Shown here in pieces: positions 10,273 through 20,215 of a stretch of DNA of 64,000 bases. How positions within the stretch are numbered: position 1 is the stretch's first letter; every line of letters starts with the position of its first letter. The position numbers and the translations under genes were made by a program. Source of the stretch: Actinomycetota bacterium. GTDB taxonomy: Bacteria > Actinomycetota > UBA4738 > HRBIN12. The stretch covers positions 138,218 through 202,217 of the forward strand of contig JBBRWM010000004.1 in assembly GCA_038249195.1 (NCBI GenBank), written 5' to 3'. The notes under the pieces are model-generated. The model saw only the letters and a program-made list of their open reading frames with translations. It was not told where the DNA came from and ran no database searches.

Positions 10273-10809
10273 ATGGACGGAATCGGACAACGCGATCTGT
10301 ACGGGATCCTGGGAGTGGCCCCGGAGGCCTCCGATGCGGCGATCCGCCATGCGTATCGGACCCTGGCGCGCCGCTATCACCCGGATCTGCACCCCGACGC
10401 GAAGGACGACGAGTTCCGACGGCTGGCCGCCGCCTATCGCGTCCTCGGCGACGGGGGGCGACGCCGCGCGTACGACCGCGAGCGTCGAAGCCCCGGGGGG
10501 ATCGGCGGGCCGACCCCCGAGCGTTGTGCACCCGCACCCGGGGGGCGCCCCGCTCCCATGCGCGATGTCCAGACGGACGCCTCCATCCCCGCGACGAGCC
10601 CGCCCACGGACGAGTGGAGGATCCTGTCACGGGTGGGCACGGTGCTGATCGCTTCGGTGCTGGCCGCCATCATCATCGTCGTCGCCGCCGCGCTCGTGCT
10701 CGGAGGGGATCACGCCATCCTCACCTTGCCGGGCGGCACCTCCGACCAGATGTGCCAGACGCCGGACGGTTGGGTCGATTGCCACATCTTCGACGCAGCC
10801 ACGCCTTGA
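10273..10809 (+). CDS. DnaJ (J-domain) protein with C-terminal transmembrane segment
   Basis: The J domain 'DLYGILGVAPEASDAAIRHAYRTLARRYHPDLHPD' carries the HPD triad. A TM helix 'VLIASVLAAIIIVVAAALVLGG' lies near the C-terminus. The start was taken at the internal Met to avoid a 130-nt overlap with the upstream gene. Confidence 0.7.
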   Translation: MDGIGQRDLYGILGVAPEASDAAIRHAYRTLARRYHPDLHPDAKDDEFRRLAAAYRVLGDGGRRRAYDRERRSPGGIGGPTPERCAPAPGGRPAPMRDVQTDASIPATSPPTDEWRILSRVGTVLIASVLAAIIIVVAAALVLGGDHAILTLPGGTSDQMCQTPDGWVDCHIFDAATP

Positions 10810-10837
10810 CCGTGGTCGGCGCCGCTAAGATGCCCGC

Positions 10838-11413
10838 GTGAGCGAGCGCTTCGACGAGGACAAGATCGCCGACGGCGTACGACTCATCCTCGAAGGTATC
10901 GGAGAGGACACGGGACGCGGCGGCTTGAAGGAGACGCCTCACCGGGTTGCGCGCATGTATCGGGAGATCTGCGCGGGCGTGGGCGAGGACCCCACCCGAC
11001 TGGTCACGGTCGTCGAGGGCGCCGACTTCGACGAGATGATCATGGTTCGCGACATCCCGCTCACGTCTCTTTGCGAACACCACCTCATCCCGTTCAGCGG
11101 GCGGGCGCACGTGGCCTATGTCCCCAACAAGGCGGGGCAGATCACCGGGCTGTCGAAGATCGCCCGAGTGGTGGACGTGCTCGCGAAGAAGCCGCAGGTG
11201 CAAGAGCGCCTCACCACCGAAATCGCGAACACGATCGAGCGCGCGCTGGACCCACGCGGCGTCTTCGTGGTGATCGAGGCGGAGCATCTCTGCATGACCA
11301 TGCGGGGGATCAAGAAGCCCGGATCCGTCACGGTCACCTCCGCCGTGCGGGGTTTGTTCCGCACGGACGCGCGGACGCGTCAGGAGGCCATGACCCACAT
11401 CCGCGATCGCTAG
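10838..11413 (+). CDS. folE: GTP cyclohydrolase I
   Basis: The conserved '[19 protein letters not shown]' and '[10 protein letters not shown]' motifs are present. Confidence 0.95.
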   Translation: MSERFDEDKIADGVRLILEGIGEDTGRGGLKETPHRVARMYREICAGVGEDPTRLVTVVEGADFDEMIMVRDIPLTSLCEHHLIPFSGRAHVAYVPNKAGQITGLSKIARVVDVLAKKPQVQERLTTEIANTIERALDPRGVFVVIEAEHLCMTMRGIKKPGSVTVTSAVRGLFRTDARTRQEAMTHIRDR

Positions 11414-11454
11414 CCCACACGCGTCCCGCCGGGCCCGGCAGCCGCGCGACTACG

Positions 11455-12321
11455 ATGGATGACATGGCCGAGGCCTCCATCTGGCGGTGCCGTGACCGCG
11501 ACCTCCGCTCGGGGGCCCGCACGCTCGTCATGGGCATCGTCAACGTCACGCCCGACTCGTTCTCCGACGGCGGCCGCTTCGAGGGTGCCGACGATGCCAT
11601 CAAGCGCGGGCTCCAGCTGATCGCGGACGGTGCGGACATCCTGGACATCGGGGGCGAATCGACGCGCCCCGGCGCGGATCCGGTGTCGGTCGAGGAGGAG
11701 CTCGCCCGGGTCCAGCCGGTCATCCGCGGCCTGCGCCAGGAGTCGCCCGGTATCCCGATCAGCGTGGATACGCGCCATGCCGCCGTCGCCGCCGACGCCA
11801 TCGTGGCCGGCGCAGACATCGTGAACGACGTGAGCGCCGCAGCGGATCCGGCGATGCTCCCGATGGCCAAGCAGACCGGCGTCGGCCTGGTGTTGATGCA
11901 CATGCGAGGCGAGCCCAAGACCATGCATCTTGGGCCGCGCTACCAGGACGTGGTGGCCGAGGTCCGGGACTTCCTCGCCGCGCGACTCGGTGCTGCGGTG
12001 GCCGCCGGCGTCCCCCGCGCGCAGCTCTGCGTGGACCCCGGCATCGGGTTCGGCAAGGACCTCGCGCACAACCTCGCGTTGCTCCACGGCGTGGGGACCT
12101 TCGCCGGCCTCCGGGTCCCCGTGCTGGTGGGGACGTCGCGCAAGCGATTCATCGGCGAGCTCACGGGAGTCGAGGATCCCGTCGACCGCGTCGAGGGAAC
12201 TGCGGGGGCGGTCGCCTGGTGCGTGACGCAGGGCGTGGACATCGTACGCGTCCACGACGTGAAGGAGATGGTGCGCGTCGTCCGCGTCGTGGACGCGATC
12301 GCCCGAGGGTCCGCACCGTGA
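11455..12321 (+). CDS. folP: Dihydropteroate synthase
   Basis: The pterin-binding motif 'VMGIVNVTPDSFSDGG' is present. The start is at the internal ATG (MDDMAEAS). Confidence 0.9.
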   Translation: MDDMAEASIWRCRDRDLRSGARTLVMGIVNVTPDSFSDGGRFEGADDAIKRGLQLIADGADILDIGGESTRPGADPVSVEEELARVQPVIRGLRQESPGIPISVDTRHAAVAADAIVAGADIVNDVSAAADPAMLPMAKQTGVGLVLMHMRGEPKTMHLGPRYQDVVAEVRDFLAARLGAAVAAGVPRAQLCVDPGIGFGKDLAHNLALLHGVGTFAGLRVPVLVGTSRKRFIGELTGVEDPVDRVEGTAGAVAWCVTQGVDIVRVHDVKEMVRVVRVVDAIARGSAP

Positions 12322-12392
12322 GCGAGTCAACAGGAGCGGCCAGGTTCGTCGGCACCGCCCCGCGCCCTCGATTCGACACCACGGGGGGGCCG

Positions 12393-13292
12393 ATGGCGTA
12401 CACCGATGTGGGATCGGGGCCACCTGTGCTGCTGCTGCACGGGTTCCCGTTCTGGTCCATCCAGTGGCGACATTTCCTTCCCGCCCTGCTGGCGCGCTCG
12501 CGCGTGATCGCGCCCGACCTGCTGGGCGCCGGAGGATCCGCGAAGCCCGAGGATCTGCCGCTCGGCATCCACGCGCAGGCCGGGTACGTCCGAGAGCTGC
12601 TCGACCATCTGGGGATCGATCGGCTCGCGGTCGTTGCTCACGGGACCGGTGGTGCGGTGGCTCAGCTCCTGGCCATCGATCTCCCCGGCGTGGCGGCCCT
12701 GGTCTTGCTCGCCCCGTCCCCGCTCGAGGCCCCCGCCGCTCCCGCCGGGCTGAGAGCCCTCGTGCGCCGGGCGGCAACCGAGGACGTCCACGCCACGATC
12801 CGCTCGATCCTGGCCACGGGGGCACGGGCGCACGGGCGCATCACCGACGAGCTCGTCGACGCGTACGCGCGGCCGTACGCCGACGCGCCCGCCGCCCTGC
12901 AGCGGGCGGCCCTGGGCGACGGAGCCTCCCCCCGCCCCGCCGATCCTGCGGGCATCCGCGTGCCGGTCCTCATCCTGTGGGGCGAGGAGGATCCCTTCGC
13001 CCCTACCGAGGAAGCGGATCGGTTGAACGAGGCGGTCGCCTCCTCCACGCTCGGTCTCCTCCCGGGCTGCGGCCACTTCCTGCCCGATGAGGCACCCGAG
13101 ACCCTCGCCCCGATGGTCGCCGAATACCTCCGCGCGATGTACCTGCGCGCGCCCCATGGGCACGCCGGCGACGGCAAGGACGGCGTGGTCATGCTCCAGC
13201 TCGAGCGTCGCCCGCCGTGGGTCGACCTCGCGGAGGACGAGGCGGACGATTGGTTCGTCGACGATGACGATGACGAGGTGCCGGGCCCATGA
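12393..13292 (+). CDS. Alpha/beta-fold hydrolase
   Basis: The N-terminal region 'VLLLHGFPFWSIQWRHFLPAL' resembles haloalkane dehalogenase and epoxide hydrolase. A nucleophile-elbow-like 'VAHGTGGAVA' follows. It is inserted between folP and folB. Confidence 0.75.
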   Translation: MAYTDVGSGPPVLLLHGFPFWSIQWRHFLPALLARSRVIAPDLLGAGGSAKPEDLPLGIHAQAGYVRELLDHLGIDRLAVVAHGTGGAVAQLLAIDLPGVAALVLLAPSPLEAPAAPAGLRALVRRAATEDVHATIRSILATGARAHGRITDELVDAYARPYADAPAALQRAALGDGASPRPADPAGIRVPVLILWGEEDPFAPTEEADRLNEAVASSTLGLLPGCGHFLPDEAPETLAPMVAEYLRAMYLRAPHGHAGDGKDGVVMLQLERRPPWVDLAEDEADDWFVDDDDDEVPGP

Positions 13293-13642
13293 GCGAGGCC
13301 CGACTGTTCCTGAGCGGCATCCGTGCCGACGGGCACCATGGCGCCCGCCCCAAAGAGCAGGAGATCCCGCAGCCGTTCGTGGTCGATCTCGACATCGAGG
13401 TGGCGGTGGAGGACGACACGATCGAGGCCACCGCCGACTACCGAGGGATCACGGACGCGGTCCGGGCCGTGGTGCGGGAGCGGTCGTTCGACCTCATCGA
13501 GGTCATGGCCCGGGCGATCGCCGAGGACGTGCTCGCGATGCCGCACGTCGTCAAGGTCACCGCGGTCGTGCACAAGCCCCGGGCGGCGGAGCGGCTGCAG
13601 ATCGATGGCGTCGCCGCGGCCGCCACGGCGGGCGGGGACTGA
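13289..13642 (+). CDS. folB: Dihydroneopterin aldolase
   Basis: The N-terminus 'LFLSGIRADGHHGARPKEQEIPQPFVVDLDIEV' is typical of FolB. Confidence 0.9.
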   Translation: MSEARLFLSGIRADGHHGARPKEQEIPQPFVVDLDIEVAVEDDTIEATADYRGITDAVRAVVRERSFDLIEVMARAIAEDVLAMPHVVKVTAVVHKPRAAERLQIDGVAAAATAGGD

Positions 13643-13650
13643 GCAGCGTC

Positions 13651-14160
13651 GTGGACGCGTACCTCGGGATCGGTTCGAACCTGGGGGACCGCCTGGGCAT
13701 CCTCCAGGCCGCCGTGAACGCTCTGAACGCGGAGGTCGGGGTCGCGGTGGCGGCCTCGTCGCGGGTCTGGGAGACCGATCCCGTGGGCGGTCCTCCCCAA
13801 CCGGATTTCTTGAACGCGGTCCTTCGCGTGCGCACGGTGCTCGAGCCGATGGCGTTCCTGGAGGCGTGTCAGCGGGTGGAGGCGGCGCTGGGCCGGGTCC
13901 GCGACGTGCCGTGGGGTCCACGCACCCTCGACATCGACATCGAGCTCATCGGCGCCTTGGTGCTGGACGAACCCGCGCTCACGATCCCCCACCCGCTCAT
14001 GACCCAGCGCGCGTTCGTCGTCCTGCCGCTGTTGGAGCTCGATCCGGATCTCGTGCTGCCCGGCGGAAGCCGTCTCGTTGATCTCGCCCTCGGTCCCGAC
14101 GCGCTCGAGGGCGCCCGTCCATTCGCTCCGCCGTTGCGCGTGAGCGCGGTGCACGCGTGA
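13651..14160 (+). CDS. folK: 2-amino-4-hydroxy-6-hydroxymethyldihydropteridine pyrophosphokinase (HPPK)
   Basis: HPPK motifs 'AYLGIGSNLGDRL' and 'GPRTLDIDIEL' are present. The GTG start lies 8 nt after the folB stop. Confidence 0.85.
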   Translation: MDAYLGIGSNLGDRLGILQAAVNALNAEVGVAVAASSRVWETDPVGGPPQPDFLNAVLRVRTVLEPMAFLEACQRVEAALGRVRDVPWGPRTLDIDIELIGALVLDEPALTIPHPLMTQRAFVVLPLLELDPDLVLPGGSRLVDLALGPDALEGARPFAPPLRVSAVHA

Positions 14161-15500
14161 GCGTCGAGCGTCTCTGCCTGCGCTGCGACTGGGCGGGTGT
14201 GACGGTCGCGAGCATCTGCCCGTCCTGTGGCGCCACGCTGTTCCGTCCCGTGTCCTCGACCTTTCCCGACACGAGCGCGACGAGGTCGGGCGACCGAACC
14301 GCGCCGGCGCCCGCCGCCCCGCCTGCCTCCACGCCGCCAGCCGACGACGCGCGAGATGCCCGACACGGCGCCCGGTCGCGGGGGCCGGCCAGGACCGCGC
14401 CAGGGGCGGCCGTGGCCGTGGCCTTCGTGGCGGCCGCGATCGTGGCCGCGGGGGCCTTCGCGTGGATCCGCGTGCACACACCGCCTCCGGCCTCGCCCGC
14501 CACGGGATTGTCCGGTCGACTGGTCTACGCCGTCGCCGACGGCGACGGGTGGTCGCGCCTGTGGATCTGGGACCTCGCGGCGAACGATCCGCACGAAGGC
14601 CCTCGGGTCCGGGAGCCGGTCGAACTCGTGAACGCCTACGGGGCAGGCGCCGGTTGGATCGGCGTCACGTCCCGCCGGGACGATGGCCGGTTCACCGGAG
14701 GCGTTCTGCGCAATCTCGACCCTACCGACCAGGCGACGCCGCTGCTCACCGCGGACCTGATGGCGTGGGGCGCCCGGGGTGAGAGCATCGCGGGCGTGCG
14801 ACGAGCCGGGGGCGTCGGCTGCGGGCATGTCAAGGTGATGTACGCGGGGCTGGTCGCTCCGACGGGAACCGAGGTGCGCGTGGATCGGCGCCTCTGCGGA
14901 GACGTGCTCACGGTCGGCCGCGACGACTTGCGCACGTACCTGACGCTGCGTCACGGGCCGCGCCAACGCATCGTATTCGCGGGCCTCGGCCGGTTCCACC
15001 GCGTGCTGGATGGCTATGCCCTCGCCGCGGTATCGCCCGCGGCCGACATGCTCGTGGTTCCCGCGAGCGGGCGCGCTGGGGCGCCGTCATGGCCGTCCAC
15101 CGCCCAGCCGCACGGGCGCCCTCGCGGTGGGAAGGGGGCCGGGCTGTTCTTCCGTGGTCTCGGGATGCATGGCGCGATCGCCTACGGCGGTCCCGCCGAT
15201 GCCTTCAAGCTCGACGGCGTACTCGGGTGGTCCTCGGACGCGTCGATCGCGCTCGTGACGGGCCGGCTGGGGGACCGTTGGGGCATCTTCGAACTCGACG
15301 CCGGCCCGTCCGCCGGGCAGGGCTCACCCCGCTTCCTCGGCCCCATCAACGGCGGGACGTTCGCCACGTACACCGACGGCGGGACCGGGATCGTTGACAA
15401 CGCAGGAACCTTGTCGACGCTCACAGGCGGGCGGTTGACACCGCTGACGCCCCCCGCGGGGGCGCCGACGCCGACCGGCCCCATCGTGTGGATCCGATGA
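14157..15500 (+). CDS. Hypothetical membrane protein with an N-terminal zinc ribbon and a large C-terminal extracytoplasmic domain
   Basis: A CxxC...CxxC ribbon 'CLRCDWAGVTVASICPSCG' sits at the N-terminus. A Pro/Ala linker and a TM helix 'AVAVAFVAAAIVAAGAFAWI' follow. The ~330-aa C-terminal domain is Gly/Trp-rich. Its start overlaps the folK stop by 4 nt. Confidence 0.5.
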   Translation: MSVERLCLRCDWAGVTVASICPSCGATLFRPVSSTFPDTSATRSGDRTAPAPAAPPASTPPADDARDARHGARSRGPARTAPGAAVAVAFVAAAIVAAGAFAWIRVHTPPPASPATGLSGRLVYAVADGDGWSRLWIWDLAANDPHEGPRVREPVELVNAYGAGAGWIGVTSRRDDGRFTGGVLRNLDPTDQATPLLTADLMAWGARGESIAGVRRAGGVGCGHVKVMYAGLVAPTGTEVRVDRRLCGDVLTVGRDDLRTYLTLRHGPRQRIVFAGLGRFHRVLDGYALAAVSPAADMLVVPASGRAGAPSWPSTAQPHGRPRGGKGAGLFFRGLGMHGAIAYGGPADAFKLDGVLGWSSDASIALVTGRLGDRWGIFELDAGPSAGQGSPRFLGPINGGTFATYTDGGTGIVDNAGTLSTLTGGRLTPLTPPAGAPTPTGPIVWIR

Positions 15501-15519
15501 GCCGCGGCACCGAAGCGCC

Positions 15520-16383
15520 ATGAAGGTCTCCGTGGTCGGCGCCGGCAGGGTCGGGACCGCGATGGCGGTGCTCCTGGGTCGCGCCGGACACGTGGTCGTG
15601 GCGGTGTCGGGGCGCGGCCCCACGCGCGATCGCGCGGCTCGCTACCTGTCGGACGCGGCGCTCCTGGAACCGGCAGAGGCCGCCCGGGCGGGCGAGCTCG
15701 TCTTGCTCGGGGTCCCGGACGACCTCATCGGCAGCACCGCGCGGGACCTCACCGTGGCGAACGCGGTCGGCGAGGGCCAGTTCGTGGCGCACCTTTCAGG
15801 GGCGCTCGGCCTTGCTGTTCTGGAGCCCGTGCGGACGGCGGGGGCGCGGCGGCTGGTCATCCATCCGCTTCAGACATGCCCCGACGTCGCCCGCGCGCTT
15901 GACCGCATCCCCGGGTGCACGATCGCGGTCAGCGCCGACGACGAGGAGGGCTACTTCCTCGCGGAACGGGTCGCCGCCGACCTGCGCGGGGAGCCGTTCC
16001 GCCTGAGCGACGAGCTTCGGCCGCTGTACCACGCGGCGGCCGTGTTCGCGTCGAACTACCTCGTCGCCACCTCGGGGATCGCTGCGAGGCTCTTCGGTGC
16101 GGCGGGGCTCTCGGATCCGGGCGCGGCGATGGCACCCCTGCAGCGCGCCACGGTGGACAACGTCCGCGATCTCGGGCCCGCGAAGGCGCTCACCGGGCCG
16201 GCCGCCCGCGGCGACGCGGGAACGGTCGAGCGCCACCTCGAGTCCTTGGCCGCGCACGCGCCCGAGACTGTGGCCGCGTACGTGGCCATGGGGCGCATGG
16301 CCCTGGATCTCGCAACCGAGTCCGGCTCCCTCGAGCCGCAGCGGCGCGCCGCCGTGGAGGCGGTATTCGACCGGTGGAGCTGA
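15520..16383 (+). CDS. Rossmann-fold NAD(P)-binding protein (DUF2520 / ketopantoate-reductase-like)
   Basis: The dinucleotide-binding motif 'MKVSVVGAGRVGTAMA' is present. It lies directly upstream of panC and is translationally coupled to it. Confidence 0.7.
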   Translation: MKVSVVGAGRVGTAMAVLLGRAGHVVVAVSGRGPTRDRAARYLSDAALLEPAEAARAGELVLLGVPDDLIGSTARDLTVANAVGEGQFVAHLSGALGLAVLEPVRTAGARRLVIHPLQTCPDVARALDRIPGCTIAVSADDEEGYFLAERVAADLRGEPFRLSDELRPLYHAAAVFASNYLVATSGIAARLFGAAGLSDPGAAMAPLQRATVDNVRDLGPAKALTGPAARGDAGTVERHLESLAAHAPETVAAYVAMGRMALDLATESGSLEPQRRAAVEAVFDRWS

Positions 16384-17243
16384 TCCGAACCGCCGAGGCG
16401 CTTCGCTCGTTCTCGCAGGCGCGGGGGAAGGAGGATGCATCCATGGGCCTCGTCCCCACGATGGGCGCGTTGCACGAAGGACACGACGCGCTGATCCGCC
16501 GAGCTCGCCGCGAGCATGATGTCGTGGTGGCGTCGGTCTTCGTGAACCCCTTGCAGTTCGGCGACGAGGGAGACTTCGCCGCCTACCCCCGTGACGAGGA
16601 CACCGACCTCGCGCGGTGCGAGGCCCTCCGCGTCGACGCGGTGTGGGCGCCGAGCGCGACCTCGGTGTTCCCTCCCGGCGTCGATCTGCCCGCGCCGGAC
16701 CCCGGACCGTTGGGCTCGCGGCTTGAGGGAGCCTCGCGCCCGGGCCACTTCGCCGGCGTCCTGCGGGTCGTGCGCCGGCTCCTCGACCTCACCACCCCCG
16801 ACGCCGCCTACTTCGGCGAGAAGGACGCGCAACAGCTTTTCCTCGTGCGGGAGATGGTCAAGCAACTTGACTATCCTGTGAACGTCGTGGGCTGCGCCAC
16901 CGTGCGTGAGGCCGACGGGCTCGCTCGCTCGTCCCGCATCGCCCTCCTCACGCCCGAGGAGCGGACGCAGGCCGGAACCCTCTTCCTCGGTCTGTCCGAA
17001 GCCGCGATCCTGGCGCGGGCGGGCGAACGAGACGCCCATGTCCTGGGGGCCACCGTCGCCCGCGAGGCGGGGACGGCCCCCCTCGCTCGACTCGACTACG
17101 TGGCGATCGTGGACGACGGCACCTTCGAGGTCGTCGACACCCTGGAGCCTGATCGGCCCGCCCGAGCCCTGGTCGCAGCGGTCTTTCCCAGTGCGCGCCT
17201 GATCGACAACCTCCTTCTGCACGGACCCAACGCCGCCGCCTGA
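16374..17243 (+). CDS. panC: Pantoate--beta-alanine ligase
   Basis: PanC motifs 'LVPTMGALHEGHDALI' and 'VVVASVFVNPLQF' are present. The GTG start overlaps the upstream stop. Confidence 0.9.
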   Translation: MELIRTAEALRSFSQARGKEDASMGLVPTMGALHEGHDALIRRARREHDVVVASVFVNPLQFGDEGDFAAYPRDEDTDLARCEALRVDAVWAPSATSVFPPGVDLPAPDPGPLGSRLEGASRPGHFAGVLRVVRRLLDLTTPDAAYFGEKDAQQLFLVREMVKQLDYPVNVVGCATVREADGLARSSRIALLTPEERTQAGTLFLGLSEAAILARAGERDAHVLGATVAREAGTAPLARLDYVAIVDDGTFEVVDTLEPDRPARALVAAVFPSARLIDNLLLHGPNAAA

Positions 17244-17367
17244 CCGACCTCGTCCGGCCGCAGCGGGTTGCCGAGCGACGACGATGATGCTCGCGCCGTC
17301 CGGTTGTCGCGCGGGGAGGCTGTGGGCGACGATGGTCCCCGCATTCACCCGGAGGTGAGGACTGGCC

Positions 17368-18165
17368 GTGCTGCTCGCAGCCGACGTGGGAAACACCGAG
17401 ATCGTTCTGGGGGTCTTTCGGGGCTCCGAGTTGCTGCACACGTGGCGCCTGTCCACGCAGCCCGACCGCACGTCCGACGAGCTTGCCTTGGCGCTCGAGG
17501 GGTTCCTCCAACAGGGAGGCGTGTCGCTGCAGGCCGAGGTGACGGGCCTCGTCGTGGCCTCCGTGGTGCCGGACGTGACGGCCGCGTTCCGGGAGATGGC
17601 CGCCCGATACCTCCCGTTCCCACCGGTCCTGGTGGGACCGGGCACCAGGACGGGCGTGCCGATCCTGACGGAGAACCCGCGGGAGGTGGGCGCCGATCGG
17701 GTGGTGAACACGCTCGCGGCCTTCACGAAGTACGGGGGACCCGCCATCGTGGTGGACTTCGGAACGGCCACGAACTTCGACGTGGTCTCGCCAAAGGGTG
17801 CCTTCATGGGCGGGGTGATCGCGCCGGGCATGCAGGCGAGCGCCGCGAGCCTGTTCGCGCGGACGGCGCGGCTCACGCGCGTGGAACTCGCCGCGCCACC
17901 CAGCGTGGTCGGCAAGAGCACCGTGGAGGCGATCCAGTCCGGTCTGATCTTTGGCACCGCCGGCGAGGTGGACGGCATCGTGACGCGCATCCGCGAGGAA
18001 CTGGGCGAAGCAGCCGTTGTGGCCACCGGCGGGCTCGCCCCGGTGGTGATCCCGCATTGCTCCACCATCGATCACCACGAACCTTGGTTGACGCTCGAAG
18101 GACTCCGGCTGGTGTTCGAGAAGGATCCGGCCGCCGTCGACGAGGTACAGGACCAGCATGGCTGA
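17368..18165 (+). CDS. coaX: Type III pantothenate kinase
   Basis: The N-terminus 'LLAADVGNTEIVLGVF' is typical of CoaX. There is an RBS 'GGAGGTGAGG' before the GTG start. Confidence 0.9.
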   Translation: MLLAADVGNTEIVLGVFRGSELLHTWRLSTQPDRTSDELALALEGFLQQGGVSLQAEVTGLVVASVVPDVTAAFREMAARYLPFPPVLVGPGTRTGVPILTENPREVGADRVVNTLAAFTKYGGPAIVVDFGTATNFDVVSPKGAFMGGVIAPGMQASAASLFARTARLTRVELAAPPSVVGKSTVEAIQSGLIFGTAGEVDGIVTRIREELGEAAVVATGGLAPVVIPHCSTIDHHEPWLTLEGLRLVFEKDPAAVDEVQDQHG

Positions 18166-19717
18166 GCCGCCGCCGGATCAGCCCAACGCTCTGGATGAAC
18201 AGGAGGGCTCGTCGCGAGAGGCCGAGGTCCTCGCGGCTCGGCACGAGAGCCTCGATCGGCTTCGGTCCGCGGGGATCGATCCATTCGCCCTGACGCTGGA
18301 ACGTGTGCTCGGGGAAGCCGAACCCGTGCCGATCGCGCAGATCCGGTCGGCGTTCGCGTCGCTCGCGCCCGGCGAGGCGGCTGCCGAGGTCCTCGTCGCG
18401 GCCGGCAGGGTGGTGCAGAAGCGTGACATGGGCAAGCTGCAGTTCCTCGTGATCCGCGACCGCACCGGCGACATCCAACTGTTCTGCGACGCCGAGCGGA
18501 TGAACCCCCTCTCGCTCGCGGTTCTCGCCGAGGTCGATCTCGGCGACATCGTAGGCGCGGCCGGCACCGTCGGCGTCACGAAGCGCGGCGAGCTCTCCGT
18601 CTTCGTCCAACGGCTCGCCATGCTCACGAAGAGCTTGCGGCCGCTGCCGGAGAAGTGGCACGGGCTCCAAGACCCGGACCTGCAACAGCGCTGGCGCTAC
18701 CTCCACCTCATCGTGGACGACACGCCGCGCCGCTACGCGAGAGCGCGCGCGGAAGTGCTCAAGACCATCCGCAGCGCGCTGGACGACCGAGGGTTCCTCG
18801 AGTTCGAGGGTCCCATGCTCCAGCTGGTGGCGGGCGGGGCGAACGCGCGGCCGTTCACGACGTTCCATCGCGTGCTCGACCAGGAGATGAAGCTCCGCAT
18901 CTCGATGGAGCTCTTCCTCAAGCGCATGCTCGTGGGAGGGCTCGAGCGCGTGTACGAGATGGGGCGCAATTTCCGCAACGAGGGCATCGATCGCGATCAC
19001 AATCCGGAGTTCACGATGCTCGAGGCGTACCAGGCCTACGGGGACTACCACACGATGATGGAGCTCTCCGAGGAGCTCGTTGTCCGATCCGCCCGCGCGG
19101 TCGCGCCCATCTTCGAACGAGACCCCGATCGCCTGTCGATCGACTATCGGGGCCGGGAACTCGACCTCACGCCGCCGTTCGCTCGGATCACCATCCTGGG
19201 GTCGGTCTCGGAGGCAACCGGCGAAGCGGTGACGCTCGAGCGGACCGACCTGCGCACCATCGCCGAACGCCATGACGTCCACGTGGAGGACGGATGGGGA
19301 CCGGGCAAGATCGTGCAAGAGCTCTTCGAGAAGCTCGTGGAGGGAGCGATCGAGCAGCCCACATTCGTGTGCGATTTCCCCCGCGAGGTGTCGCCGCTCG
19401 CGCGACCCCACCGGGATGACCCGGGCCTCACGGAGCATTTCGACCTCGTCGCAGGCGGGCTCGAGCTCGTCACCGCGTTCTCCGAGCTGTCCGACCCGAT
19501 CGAGCAGCGCGCGAAGTTCGAGCTGCAGCAGCGGATGAAGGACACGCTGGGCGAAGAAGCCCACCCCCTGGACGAGGAGTTCTTACGAGCCCTCGAACAC
19601 GGCATGCCCCCCGCCGGCGGTCTCGGCATGGGCATCGACCGGCTCCTGATGCTCCTCACCGACGCCCCGAGCCTTCGGGATCTGATCATGTTCCCCAGCC
19701 AGCGGCCCGGGGTCTGA
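18158..19717 (+). CDS. lysS: Lysine--tRNA ligase (class II)
   Basis: Class II aaRS motifs are present, including 'FRNEGIDRDHNPEFTMLE', 'GMPPAGGLGMGIDRLLMLL' and 'MFPSQRPGV'. The start overlaps the coaX end by 8 nt. Confidence 0.95.
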   Translation: MAEPPPDQPNALDEQEGSSREAEVLAARHESLDRLRSAGIDPFALTLERVLGEAEPVPIAQIRSAFASLAPGEAAAEVLVAAGRVVQKRDMGKLQFLVIRDRTGDIQLFCDAERMNPLSLAVLAEVDLGDIVGAAGTVGVTKRGELSVFVQRLAMLTKSLRPLPEKWHGLQDPDLQQRWRYLHLIVDDTPRRYARARAEVLKTIRSALDDRGFLEFEGPMLQLVAGGANARPFTTFHRVLDQEMKLRISMELFLKRMLVGGLERVYEMGRNFRNEGIDRDHNPEFTMLEAYQAYGDYHTMMELSEELVVRSARAVAPIFERDPDRLSIDYRGRELDLTPPFARITILGSVSEATGEAVTLERTDLRTIAERHDVHVEDGWGPGKIVQELFEKLVEGAIEQPTFVCDFPREVSPLARPHRDDPGLTEHFDLVAGGLELVTAFSELSDPIEQRAKFELQQRMKDTLGEEAHPLDEEFLRALEHGMPPAGGLGMGIDRLLMLLTDAPSLRDLIMFPSQRPGV

Positions 19718-19798
19718 ACGGTCCCGGCGCGGCACGGGGAGCCTTCGGTCTATGCTTCGCTCGCATCGGCAGGAAGACGGACGGAGGCGGGGAGGCCC

Positions 19799-20212
19799 AT
19801 GCTCGAGGAGATCGAATCGCTGCGAGGAGTGCCGCTGTTCAGCGGGATGTCCGAGCGGGATCTGCGCAAGGTGATGGAGATCGCCAAGGTGGTCGTGCAT
19901 TCGTCCGGCCAGCTCGTGGTGGGCGAGGACAACACGGCCGTGGGATTCCATCTCATCCTCGAGGGCACGGCCGATGCCTCGGTCGGCGGCGAGGTCGTGG
20001 GCACCATCGGCGCCGGCGACTACTTCGGGGAGATCTCCCTGATCGACGGGAAGCCCCGGTCCGCGACGGTCACCGCGACCAGCGAGCTGAAGACGCTCGT
20101 GGTCCCTTCCTGGAGCTTCAATCGGATGCTGGACCAGCACCCGGAGATGATGCGGACCTTGTTGATCGAGTTGTGCGCCAGGCTTCGGAAGGTGGAGGCG
20201 GCGCGCACCTGA
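19799..20212 (+). CDS. Stand-alone cyclic-nucleotide-binding (cNMP) domain protein
   Basis: The cNMP-binding signature 'GAGDYFGEISLIDGKPRSATVTA' is present. There is no DNA-binding domain. Confidence 0.8.
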   Translation: MLEEIESLRGVPLFSGMSERDLRKVMEIAKVVVHSSGQLVVGEDNTAVGFHLILEGTADASVGGEVVGTIGAGDYFGEISLIDGKPRSATVTATSELKTLVVPSWSFNRMLDQHPEMMRTLLIELCARLRKVEAART

Positions 20213-20215
20213 GGC

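Noticed and set aside
16056-18068. 670-aa minus-strand ORF antisense to panC/coaX
   Set aside because: It overlaps high-confidence panC and coaX and has no motifs. This is a high-GC artefact.
17873-19564. 563-aa minus-strand ORF antisense to lysS
   Set aside because: It is entirely inside lysS on the other strand. This is an artefact.
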